NCBI GenBank assembly: GCA_023667745.1
Contig: JAMOZU010000001.1
Location: 1-37,679, forward strand
Length of the DNA stretch: 37,679 bases
Reading direction: 5' to 3'
Source: Ruminococcus sp.
GTDB lineage: Bacteria > Bacillota > Clostridia > Oscillospirales > Ruminococcaceae
Below are positions 1 through 7,974 of this stretch, in pieces. Under the pieces are notes generated by a model. It did not search any database and had not been told where the DNA came from. It saw nothing but the letters and a program-made list of their open reading frames with translations. Positions within the stretch are counted from its first letter, which is position 1. Every line of letters begins with the position of its first letter. Made by a program: the position numbers and the translations under genes.

Positions 1-95
1 CGGCGGTGCGACGTAGCGTGCAAGGCGTATGCCTTGCACAGCACGTCGCCGCCCGTCAGGGCGCACATTGCTTACATCAACCAACAAATTAAAGC
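1..95 (+). repeat. 3' part of the ~350-bp structured intergenic repeat (copy A, cut by window edge)
   Basis: 1-65 matches 3456-3520 (cggcggtgcgacgtagcgtgcaaggcgtatgccttgcacagcacgtcgccgcccgtcagggcgca); followed by the shared cttacat...aaattaaagc tail. Confidence 0.9.
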
Positions 96-122
96 CCTAC
101 ACCAAAAAAGGAGACTTCAAAA

Positions 123-908
123 ATGTACCTCACCGAAATACTCGACCGCCGCCGGGAACAGCTGCGGAGGGAAATGTCCGCCGAACCTTTCAGAGAAATC
201 CTTGAAAGGATCGACCGCCAAAATTTCCCCGAAAAAACCTTCAAAAAAGCCCTGACACAACCGGGACTGTCGGTCATAGCGGAGGTGAAAAAAGCTTCCC
301 CTTCAAAAGGACTTATCCAGCCGGACTTCGATCCCGTGAAAACCGCCGCCGCCTACGAAAAATCCGGAGCGGCAGCCATATCCTGCCTTACCGAGGAACA
401 CTATTTCCAAGGCTCGGCAAAGTACCTTGAGGATATAACAGGAACGGTGAATATCCCCGTCCTGCGTAAGGATTTTATTATCCATGACTATCAGGTCTAC
501 CACGCAAAGGCAATGGGAGCGTCGGCAGTATTGCTGATAGCCGCCATTCTCTCGGACGACCGGTTTGCCGAATTGTACGGCTCTGCAAGAACACTTGGAA
601 TGGATGTCCTCGCCGAAGCCCATAACGAGGACGAAGTTACCCGACTTGTGAAACTGGGAGCGGACATCATAGGCATTAATAACCGTGACCTTAAAACATT
701 CAAGGTGGATATCGAAAATACCAAACGCTTAAAACAGCTTATCCCCCCCGGCATTATAACCGTCTGCGAAAGCGGCATAAAAACAAGGGAGGATATGCAG
801 AAAGCGGAAAAATGGGGAGTTGACGCCGTCCTTATCGGGGAAACCCTTATGCGAAGCGGCGTTGAGGGAATACCCCGGTGTATGAAAACACTGAAAGGAG
901 AGGACTAA
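123..908 (+). CDS. trpC: Indole-3-glycerol phosphate synthase
   Basis: VIAEVKKASPSKG, PVLRKDFII, IGINNRDL, ESGI, AVLIGETLM motifs; RBS aaggag upstream. Confidence 0.97.
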   Translation: MYLTEILDRRREQLRREMSAEPFREILERIDRQNFPEKTFKKALTQPGLSVIAEVKKASPSKGLIQPDFDPVKTAAAYEKSGAAAISCLTEEHYFQGSAKYLEDITGTVNIPVLRKDFIIHDYQVYHAKAMGASAVLLIAAILSDDRFAELYGSARTLGMDVLAEAHNEDEVTRLVKLGADIIGINNRDLKTFKVDIENTKRLKQLIPPGIITVCESGIKTREDMQKAEKWGVDAVLIGETLMRSGVEGIPRCMKTLKGED

Positions 909-1522
909 TGCTCAAACTCTGCGGAATGCGGCGGGAAGAGGATATAGAGATCATCAACGAGTTCCCCCCGGAGTTTATGGGAATGATACTGTCAAAAGGG
1001 TTCGGGCGTTCCATAGAAATATCCCAAGCGGAAAAATTGCTGAAGATACTCGACCCCAAAATAAAAGCCGTCGGCGTGTTCGTGAACGAATCCCCCGAAA
1101 CAGTCTCCCGAACAACCGAACACTTAAAACTTGCCGCAGTGCAGCTCCACGGCAGCGAAGACGGGGATTATATAAATACTCTAAGAAAACTCCTCCCGAA
1201 AAATACCCTTATTTTCAAAGCTGTTAAAGTGAGAACAACGGAGGACATCGCAAACGCCGACAACATGGGCAGCGATTTCCTTATGCTTGACAGCTTCGTT
1301 AAAGGCAAAGCAGGCGGCACGGGACAAACTTTTGACTGGAGCGTTGTATCTTCGGCGAATATCGGAACTCCCTTTTTCTTAGCCGGGGGAATAACCCCCG
1401 AAAACCTTCCCGCCGCCCTTGCGGTCTCGGGAAATATCGACATCTCAGGCGGCGTTGAAACGGAGGGGGTAAAGGACAGGGAGAAGATAAAAAGCGTTTA
1501 CGAAAGGATGAAAGGAAAATGA
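908..1522 (+). CDS. trpF: Phosphoribosylanthranilate isomerase
   Basis: KLCGM, VGVFVN, VQLHGSE, GGTGQTFDW, FLAGGI motifs; ATG at 908 overlaps trpC stop (TAATG), RBS aaaggag. Confidence 0.96.
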   Translation: MLKLCGMRREEDIEIINEFPPEFMGMILSKGFGRSIEISQAEKLLKILDPKIKAVGVFVNESPETVSRTTEHLKLAAVQLHGSEDGDYINTLRKLLPKNTLIFKAVKVRTTEDIANADNMGSDFLMLDSFVKGKAGGTGQTFDWSVVSSANIGTPFFLAGGITPENLPAALAVSGNIDISGGVETEGVKDREKIKSVYERMKGK

Positions 1523-1842
1523 CGGAGAATGCAAAGGGAGAATTTTTCACACCGCCCGACCATGTGAATTTCCTTGCCAAAAGTATTTGCGGTAAAGCGG
1601 GGATAACCGACGTTTCCATTGCAAAGTTGGGCAAAGAGGGCGGCGGACCGTTACTGAACCACACCCACCCCCATAACCACCTTTTCATAGTTACCGACGG
1701 CGAGGCGAAAATTATTTTGGGAGACAAAACCATTATACTCCGAAAAAACGAAAGCTTCCTTGTGGACGGCAGCATTCCCCATTCCGTGTGGAACAACAGG
1801 GAAGAGGAAACCGTGATGGTGGGGATAAATATATCGGACTAA
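1519..1842 (+). CDS. Cupin domain protein
   Basis: HTHPHNHLFIVTDG and IPHSVWN cupin metal-binding motifs; overlaps trpF stop (ATGA). Confidence 0.88.
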   Translation: MTENAKGEFFTPPDHVNFLAKSICGKAGITDVSIAKLGKEGGGPLLNHTHPHNHLFIVTDGEAKIILGDKTIILRKNESFLVDGSIPHSVWNNREEETVMVGINISD

Positions 1843-1870
1843 TCTCCGTAATTCAATGAGGGATTTGTAT
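1838..1870 (+). repeat. Short dispersed 35-bp repeat (variant copy)
   Basis: actaatctccgtaattcaatgagggatttgtat matches 17373-17407 and 27543-27577 with few mismatches. Confidence 0.85.
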
Positions 1871-1939
1871 CAGGCGGTGTTTCTCCCGCCTATAACGGGA
1901 GAAATACCTTAAATCAGATTAAAGAAAGGAATTTTTACA

Positions 1940-3127
1940 ATGAACAGTAAAGGAAGATACGGCGAGTTCGGAGGGCAGTATGTGCCGGAAACGGTCATGA
2001 ACGCCGTCACCGAACTGGAAAACGCCTATAATAAATACAAGAACGACGAGGATTTCCAAAATGAGCTTGCCGTGATGTACCGTGATTACGCCAACCGCCC
2101 CTCTCCCCTCTATTTCGCCCAAAGAGCAACCGAGCAGATAGGAGGAGCAAAAATATACATCAAAAGGGAAGACCTGAACCATACCGGGTCGCATAAAATA
2201 AACAACGTTTTGGGGCAGCTACTTCTGGCAAAGCGTATGGGCAAGAAACGGATAATCGCAGAAACGGGAGCAGGACAGCACGGAGTAGCCACTGCCACCG
2301 TGTGCGCATTAATGGGGCTGGAATGCTGCGTGTATATGGGAGCGGAGGACACAAAACGGCAGTCCCTCAACGTCTACCGAATGGAACTTCTGGGAGCAAA
2401 AGTCGTCCCCGTGGAAAGCGGCACAGCCACCTTAAAGGACGCCATCAACGAGGCAATGCGGGACTGGTGTACCAATATCGACACCACATTCTATTGCATA
2501 GGCTCGGTAATGGGACCTCACCCCTATCCGGAAATGGTGCGGGACTTTCAGAAAATAATCGGCAAGGAAATACGTTTGCAGATAACCGAAAAAGAGGGAC
2601 GACTGCCGGATGCCGTAATAGCATGCGTAGGGGGCGGCTCAAACGCCATGGGAGCATTCTATGACTTTATCCCCGAAACAACGGTGCGGCTCATAGGTGC
2701 AGAAGCCGCAGGACGGGGGATAGACACCGCCGAGACCGCCGCCACACTTTCCAAAGGCAGTCTTGGCATATTCCACGGCATGAAGTCCATATTTTTGCAG
2801 GACAATTACGGACAAATAGCCCCCGTCTACTCCATATCCGCAGGGCTTGACTATCCGGGCATAGGACCTGAACATGCCAACCTGTGGAAAACAGGACGGG
2901 GCGAGTATGTGCCGGTAACGGACGAAGAAGCGGTACAGGCGTTTGAGTTTTTGTCCGCAGCCGAAGGGATAATCCCCGCAATAGAGTCCGCACACGCCAT
3001 GGCAGCAGCTATGAAGACAGCCAAGACTATGAGCCGGGAACAGGTAATAGTGGTGAACCTGTCCGGAAGAGGGGATAAGGACGTGTACTCGATAGCGAGA
3101 TACAGGGGAAGGGAAGTGCGGAATTAG
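1940..3127 (+). CDS. trpB: Tryptophan synthase beta chain
   Basis: [18 protein letters not shown] lysine motif, [38 protein letters not shown]. Confidence 0.99.
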   Translation: MNSKGRYGEFGGQYVPETVMNAVTELENAYNKYKNDEDFQNELAVMYRDYANRPSPLYFAQRATEQIGGAKIYIKREDLNHTGSHKINNVLGQLLLAKRMGKKRIIAETGAGQHGVATATVCALMGLECCVYMGAEDTKRQSLNVYRMELLGAKVVPVESGTATLKDAINEAMRDWCTNIDTTFYCIGSVMGPHPYPEMVRDFQKIIGKEIRLQITEKEGRLPDAVIACVGGGSNAMGAFYDFIPETTVRLIGAEAAGRGIDTAETAATLSKGSLGIFHGMKSIFLQDNYGQIAPVYSISAGLDYPGIGPEHANLWKTGRGEYVPVTDEEAVQAFEFLSAAEGIIPAIESAHAMAAAMKTAKTMSREQVIVVNLSGRGDKDVYSIARYRGREVRN

Positions 3128-3159
3128 AGGATAGAGGTTAGAGGCTAGAGGCTAGAGAA
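3125..3159 (+). repeat. Heptamer tandem repeat (TAGAGGN)x5
   Basis: tagagga tagaggt tagaggc tagaggc tagagaa; first unit supplies the trpB stop. Confidence 0.85.
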
Positions 3160-3187
3160 TGAAAGCGTGCATAACCAATGGGAGCTT

Positions 3188-3556
3188 TACAAGAGCAATA
3201 ACGCCACGTTGGGGGGTCTGGGGGATGTCACCCCCAGCGGGTCAAGGGCAGAGCCCTTGCGGGGTCTGGGGCAGAGCCCCAGTGGGGTTTGGGGCAAAGC
3301 CCCAACGGCGTAAGCCGCTGTAACTAACAGAGCGTTGCAAAGAAAAGCATTGCAGGAGCAAGTTACAAAAACCGCCGCCCGACATCAAAAAAGCGTTTTG
3401 AAAAATGAGAGCAACACAAGACAACTAACAGTTACCAAGCAAGTTAATTGTCGGGCGGCGGTGCGACGTAGCGTGCAAGGCGTATGCCTTGCACAGCACG
3501 TCGCCGCCCGTCAGGGCGCATGTCGCTTACATAGACCAATAAATTAAAGCATTTCA
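3188..3556 (+). repeat. ~350-bp structured intergenic repeat (copy B) between trpB and trpA
   Basis: Colinear similarity to 14576-14921 and 23526-23940; stacked GGGGCAGAGCCCC hairpins, cggcgtaagccg, accgccgcccgac/gtcgggcggcggt stem. Confidence 0.92.
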
Positions 3557-3595
3557 TAATAATCCCCCAAAACACCCGAAAGGAGAAAAACCCAA

Positions 3596-4384
3596 ATGAA
3601 CAGAATAGATAAATGCTTTGAGGAGTTAAAAACCCAAGGCAGGAAAGCGGTGGTCACATTCATCACCGCAGGCGATCCGGATATGACAACCACCGAAAAA
3701 ACAGCCCTTGAAATGTTTGACAAGGGAGCGGATATAATCGAGCTGGGCGTGCCTTTTTCCGACCCCATAGCCGAGGGAGTAACCATTCAGAAGTCTTCCC
3801 TGCGTTCCCTGAAAGGCGGCACAACATTAGACAAAATTTTCACCTGCGTTGAAAATATACGCCGCCAAACGGACAAGCCACTTATCCTGATGATGTACCT
3901 TAACACCATCTTCGTCTACGGCACGGATAAATTCTTCGCCGCCTGCCGTGACAAGGGCGTGGACGGCGTGATAGTCCCGGATATGCCATACGAGGAGCGG
4001 GAGGAGCTGCTCCCCGCCGCAAAAAAATACGGCATACATAACATCAACCTCGTTTCCCCCGCCTCCGGAGACCGCATAAAAACCATCGCCGGGGACTCGG
4101 AGGGCTTCCTCTACTGCGTCTCCACAAACGGCGTGACCGGCGTGCGGAGCGAATATCAAACCGACTTCGACTCATTCTTCCGCCTTATCGGAGAAAACGC
4201 AAAATGCCCCTATTGTGTGGGCTTCGGCATATCCTCCCCGGAACAGGCGAAAAAAATGTCCGCCTATTGCAGCGGCGTTATCATAGGCAGCGCAATTGTG
4301 CGGATAATGGAAGCGGAGGGAACGGGCGCACCCGCAAAGGTGGGCGAGTTCGTCTCGGCGGTGAGAGAGGCGGTGGACAGCTGA
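3596..4384 (+). CDS. trpA: Tryptophan synthase alpha chain
   Basis: FITAGDP, IELGVPFSDPIAEGVTIQ, GVIVPDMP, VGFGIS, GVIIGSAIV; RBS aaaggag. Confidence 0.98.
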   Translation: MNRIDKCFEELKTQGRKAVVTFITAGDPDMTTTEKTALEMFDKGADIIELGVPFSDPIAEGVTIQKSSLRSLKGGTTLDKIFTCVENIRRQTDKPLILMMYLNTIFVYGTDKFFAACRDKGVDGVIVPDMPYEEREELLPAAKKYGIHNINLVSPASGDRIKTIAGDSEGFLYCVSTNGVTGVRSEYQTDFDSFFRLIGENAKCPYCVGFGISSPEQAKKMSAYCSGVIIGSAIVRIMEAEGTGAPAKVGEFVSAVREAVDS

Positions 4385-4385
4385 T

Positions 4386-4676
4386 ATGAAATGCGGCAGC
4401 ATAGAAGAGGTAAGGAAAGCTATCGACGGCATAGATAACGAGATAGTCAGGCTTATCGCCGAAAGAGGAAAGCTCGTCGCCCAAGCGGCAGCGTTTAAAA
4501 AAAGCGAGGACGGCGTAAGAGACAGCTCCCGTGCAGAAAAGGTAATTGCGGGAGTAAGGCTTAAGGCGGAAGAATACGGCGCAGACCCGGATATGACAGA
4601 GGCAGTTTACAGAGAAATGATATCAAGGTTCATTAATATGGAAATGACGGAGTTTGCCCGCAGACGGCAAGGGTAA
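4386..4676 (+). CDS. Chorismate mutase type II / PchB-like protein
   Basis: IEEVRKAIDGIDNEIVRLIAER...K...VRD..R AroQ-fold signature; directly after trpA. Confidence 0.88.
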   Translation: MKCGSIEEVRKAIDGIDNEIVRLIAERGKLVAQAAAFKKSEDGVRDSSRAEKVIAGVRLKAEEYGADPDMTEAVYREMISRFINMEMTEFARRRQG

Positions 4677-4681
4677 TTTAT

Positions 4682-4710
4682 AAGGCAGGAACGAGGAATG
4701 TTCCTGCCTT
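4682..4710. terminator. Hairpin between convergent genes, probable bidirectional terminator
   Basis: aaggcaggaac / gttcctgcctt perfect 11-bp stem. Confidence 0.75.
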
Positions 4711-4934
4711 TATTCATCTATGGTGTACCCATATTTTTCTCTCATTTTTTTAAAAAATTCATCTCCGTTAATATAATGCCCTTTACGGACATCATCTAAA
4801 GCTGCCTCGACCCGGAGGCGTATCTCCTCGCCCACAGCTTCCCTGTCATAGGGCTTGTCGCTGTCGTCAAAAAAGATAATATCGGGTATCTCGCCGGTAT
4901 CGGCGGAGAGTGCAACAGGTCGTGTATCGGTCAT
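4710..4934 (-). CDS. Antitoxin-like small acidic protein (downstream paralogue)
   Basis: 74 aa, RBS aaaggag; first 39 aa nearly identical to the product of 5252-5470; AALDDVRKG...GDEF tail typical of ParE/RelE partners. Confidence 0.72.
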   Translation of the reverse strand: MTDTRPVALSADTGEIPDIIFFDDSDKPYDREAVGEEIRLRVEAALDDVRKGHYINGDEFFKKMREKYGYTIDE

Positions 4935-4947
4935 GCGAATCGCTCCT

Positions 4948-5268
4948 TTAATTGTTAAAATAAGCTATGTAATCCTGTTTGCCGTGAAAGAGGTTAAGGA
5001 AAACTACCGCTTTCTCCTCTTCATTTACGGAATACAGAATTATAAAATTTTTAACCGCAATTTTTCTTGTATCTCCCGGTTGCGGCAGTTCATGACATAC
5101 AGGGTACATATAAGGATTTTCGGAAGCTAAAACGATCCTCTTGTCAATTTCGCAGGCAAGGTTGGCTGCGGCTTTCGGAGAATACAAATTATAACCGATA
5201 TAATCGGATATCCTGTCAAGGGCGTCATTAAATTCAGGCGAAAAAATTTTTTTATATGGTGTAGCCAT
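4948..5268 (-). CDS. Type II toxin, RelE/ParE family
   Basis: YKKIFSPEFNDALDRISDYI...SPKAAANL...NPYMYP...RKIAVKNFIILYSVNEEEKAVVFLNLFHGKQDY pattern. Confidence 0.88.
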   Translation of the reverse strand: MATPYKKIFSPEFNDALDRISDYIGYNLYSPKAAANLACEIDKRIVLASENPYMYPVCHELPQPGDTRKIAVKNFIILYSVNEEEKAVVFLNLFHGKQDYIAYFNN

Positions 5269-5470
5269 ATTTCTTTCTCAACCTTTCGAGAACCTCATCC
5301 CCGTCAAAATAATTCCCGTTCCTCACATTTTCCCAAGCCGATTCAACCTGACGGCGTATCTCTTCGCCCACAGCTTCCCTGTCATATGGCTTGTCGCTGT
5401 CGTCAAAAAAGATAATATCGGGTATCTCGCCGGTATCGGCGGGGAGTGCAACAGGTCTTGTATCGGTCAT
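5252..5470 (-). CDS. Antitoxin-like small acidic protein (upstream, cognate position)
   Basis: ATG at 5470 with RBS aaaggag; 72 aa; 3' end overlaps toxin start. Confidence 0.75.
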   Translation of the reverse strand: MTDTRPVALPADTGEIPDIIFFDDSDKPYDREAVGEEIRRQVESAWENVRNGNYFDGDEVLERLRKKYGYTI

Positions 5471-5501
5471 AAAAAATCGCTCCTTTGGTTTTGATATATT
5501 T

Positions 5502-5530
5502 ATTATAGCATTATTATATGCAGATGTCAA
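5502..5530 (-). promoter_or_regulatory. sigmaA promoter P1 of TA operon
   Basis: TTGACA-17 nt-TATAAT with extended -10 TG on minus strand. Confidence 0.85.
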
Positions 5531-5575
5531 GAAAAAATAAGCCGGGGAAAACCGTTCCTTATTTTTTACAAAATA

Positions 5576-5604
5576 ATTATACCATAAAATACTATGAATG
5601 TCAA
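5576..5604 (-). promoter_or_regulatory. sigmaA promoter P2 of TA operon
   Basis: Second TTGACA-17 nt-TATAAT with extended -10 TG, 74 bp upstream of P1. Confidence 0.8.
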
Positions 5605-5639
5605 GCCCCATAAAATTTTTCAACATTTATTAAAAAATC

Positions 5640-5668
5640 TTGACAAATTGAACAAAATGTGTTATATT
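5640..5668 (+). promoter_or_regulatory. sigmaA promoter of the 5701 operon
   Basis: TTGACA-17 nt-TATATT with TG. Confidence 0.75.
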
Positions 5669-5700
5669 ATAAAGTAAGGACTGTAAGAAAGGAAACCTCT

Positions 5701-6021
5701 ATGAAACTTCAGCTGAAAATCGATATTGACGATATAAACTATGCCGAGCTTATACGGGCAATAATTCCCTATATAAAGCGGGAGGATATCCCCCTGCCCG
5801 AAAAGGTGCTGGAAGCGGCGGAAACTCCGGGGGTGCTGGAAAATTTTCTCAAATTTATCCCGCGGGACAAGCAGGACGAAATTGTCCTGAAAATAATCGA
5901 GAAAAACAAAGTCCGCATGATAGCAAGAGCCCACAGGATAGCCGAGCAGGAGGGCGTTACTATGGAAATTTCCGATATTTCCCTGAAAGAACGCCCCTCC
6001 GAAGCGGAGGTAATAGATTAG
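5701..6021 (+). CDS. Hypothetical protein
   Basis: ATG 5701 preceded by aaagga; 106 aa; consensus promoter upstream. Confidence 0.75.
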   Translation: MKLQLKIDIDDINYAELIRAIIPYIKREDIPLPEKVLEAAETPGVLENFLKFIPRDKQDEIVLKIIEKNKVRMIARAHRIAEQEGVTMEISDISLKERPSEAEVID

Positions 6022-6086
6022 GAAAACGCACATGTCAAGCGGTTTTCCCCGAAAAATATTTGACCGTCAAGAAAGGAAAAAGTATT

Positions 6087-6608
6087 ATGAACGAAACTAT
6101 CAAGACCCTTATCACCCGCCGCAGCGTGCGGAGCTACAGTTCAAAGCCGGTGGAAAAAGAGATACTCGACAAAATTCTCGAAGCGGGAATGTACGCACCC
6201 AGCGGCATGGGCAAGCAATCCGCTTTAATGGTGACGGTGACAGACCCGGAAAGAGTAAGCGACCTTTCCATGATGAACGCCGCCGTTCTGGGAGCGGACA
6301 CCGACCCATTTTACGGCGCAGGGACTGTTATAATCGTCTTTGCCGACAGCACCGTTCACACCTATATCGAGGACGGCAGTCTTGTTATGGGCAACCTTAT
6401 GAACGCCGCCCATTCTCTTGGGGTAGATTCCTGCTGGATACACCGTGCAAGGGAAGTTTTCGAGACCCCCGAAGGGAAGGCTCTTATGAAAAAATGGGGC
6501 ATTGACGAAAAATACAAGGGCATCGGCAACTGCATCTTAGGCTATGCCGACAAGCCCGCCGCCGAGCCTGCTCCCAGAAAGGGCGGCTATGTGATAACGG
6601 GGGAATAA
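6087..6608 (+). CDS. Nitroreductase family protein
   Basis: TRRSVRSY, AGMYAPSG.G.Q, NLMNAAHSLGVDSCWI, ILGY; RBS aaagga before ATG 6087. Confidence 0.93.
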   Translation: MNETIKTLITRRSVRSYSSKPVEKEILDKILEAGMYAPSGMGKQSALMVTVTDPERVSDLSMMNAAVLGADTDPFYGAGTVIIVFADSTVHTYIEDGSLVMGNLMNAAHSLGVDSCWIHRAREVFETPEGKALMKKWGIDEKYKGIGNCILGYADKPAAEPAPRKGGYVITGE

Positions 6609-6623
6609 TTGGGGGAATAGTAT

Positions 6624-7310
6624 ATGGCAATGCTCTTAACCGTCTTCTGCCCCTTTTATCCTTTTGAGAAAGACCTTATCTTCGCCCTTGCCCTGTCAGC
6701 CGCAGCAGCCCTCATATCGGGAGCGGCGGCGTTTGCGGGAAACGGAGCAGATGTTAAAAAGAGAAAGGGAACGGCTTTGGGGATAGTAACCGCAGTCTGT
6801 ATAGGTATATCCGCAGTCAGCGGCGGCATGCTGAAAGAGTCTTTCGACAGCCCCAAACCCCGCCCCTATAACGTGAAAGAGGGAGTTTACCCGCAGGAGC
6901 TTCCAAGCCTTGAAGGAATGGATTACAAGACCGCTAAGGCTGGATATGCGCCCTATTTTAATATGACGGCGGAATATTATGTATGGTCGGAATATCCGGC
7001 AGGGGCAATAACCGGTCAGTCCCCGAAAGCGGGCAGCCTTATTTATATGGGGAACAGCGCAGGGGACGCAGATGTTGTCCGCTGTACGGTCAGCAGGGGG
7101 AAACAAACGGTAAGCGTTCCCAATGTTGTCGGAATGGACGTTGAGACCGCATGCGAAATAATGGAAGCTGTGGGACTTGTCCCCGAAATGTCCGGTGAGT
7201 ATCCGGAGAACGGCGGAGAAAGGGTCACCGGTTCATATCCCGCTCATAATGAAGAAGCGGAGCTGCACAGCACAGTCACGCTATATATCGGCAGGGAGGA
7301 ATTGCAGTGA
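6624..7310 (+). CDS. Membrane-anchored PASTA domain protein
   Basis: N-terminal hydrophobic segments; LPSLEGMDY...GAITGQSPKAG and VPNVVGMDVETA...VTGSYP repeats. Confidence 0.78.
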   Translation: MAMLLTVFCPFYPFEKDLIFALALSAAAALISGAAAFAGNGADVKKRKGTALGIVTAVCIGISAVSGGMLKESFDSPKPRPYNVKEGVYPQELPSLEGMDYKTAKAGYAPYFNMTAEYYVWSEYPAGAITGQSPKAGSLIYMGNSAGDADVVRCTVSRGKQTVSVPNVVGMDVETACEIMEAVGLVPEMSGEYPENGGERVTGSYPAHNEEAELHSTVTLYIGREELQ

Positions 7311-7507
7311 CAAATGTAACGCTTACTCAAATAGTGCTTGCGGATTATCTCATAATAGCCCTGATGTTCATATTGCCCGTGTCAGCCGTTCTCCTTGCAG
7401 TGCTTTTGACGGCGGACATTATACGGAAAAGGAAAGCGAAAAAGCCCGCCGCTGTCAGCAAGGGAAAAACAATGCCCGATGAAAATGAGCGTATATACCC
7501 AAAATAA
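7307..7507 (+). CDS. Small single-pass membrane protein
   Basis: GTG start overlapping upstream stop, RBS gggagg; long hydrophobic stretch then basic tail. Confidence 0.6.
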   Translation: MTNVTLTQIVLADYLIIALMFILPVSAVLLAVLLTADIIRKRKAKKPAAVSKGKTMPDENERIYPK

Positions 7508-7527
7508 AATTAAAGGAGAAAAAAACC

Positions 7528-7974
7528 ATGCTGAAAAATATCCCGAAGATACTGTCCCCGGAGCTTCTGAAAATTCTCATGGAAATGGGTCACGGAGACG
7601 AAATAGTCATAGCCGACGGCAATTTCCCCGCCGAAAGCATAGGGCAAAGGGTAGTCCGCTGCGACGGTCACGGCGTGCCGGAAATACTCACAGCCGTAAT
7701 GCAGCTTTTCCCGCTGGACTCGTACAGCGATAAGCCAGTTGTCCTGATGGAAGTCGTTCCCGGAGATACGGACGAAAGCGGAAACCCCCTCGTCCCCGCA
7801 ATATGGCAGGATTATCACACCATCATCGAAAGCTACGAGCCGGAAAACTGCAAGATAGAAATGACCGAGCGTTTCGCATTCTATGAGCGGGCGAAAAAAG
7901 CCTATGCGGTAGTCGCCACAGGGGAAAGCGCGATTTACGCCAATATTATCCTTAAAAAGGGCGTGGTGAAATGA
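7528..7974 (+). CDS. fucU: L-fucose mutarotase, RbsD/FucU family
   Basis: MLKNIPKILSPELLKILMEMGHGDEIVIADGNFP; ERFAFYERAKKAYAVVATGE..YANIILKKGV. Confidence 0.92.
   Translation: MLKNIPKILSPELLKILMEMGHGDEIVIADGNFPAESIGQRVVRCDGHGVPEILTAVMQLFPLDSYSDKPVVLMEVVPGDTDESGNPLVPAIWQDYHTIIESYEPENCKIEMTERFAFYERAKKAYAVVATGESAIYANIILKKGVVK

Noticed and set aside
1-122. T-box or trp attenuator upstream of trpC or trpA
   Set aside because: No T-box consensus or Trp-rich leader; same sequence occurs beside cdaR and the GH genes
3242-3547. ORFs inside large repeat copies (also 34-255, 14731-14922, 23518-23757, 23785-23973, and the 14854 extension of cdaR)
   Set aside because: Frames and lengths differ between copies, no RBS; by-products of GC-rich repeats
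5471-5626. N-terminal extension of the antitoxin in the ORF track
   Set aside because: Runs through two promoters; paralogue and RBS place the start at 5470
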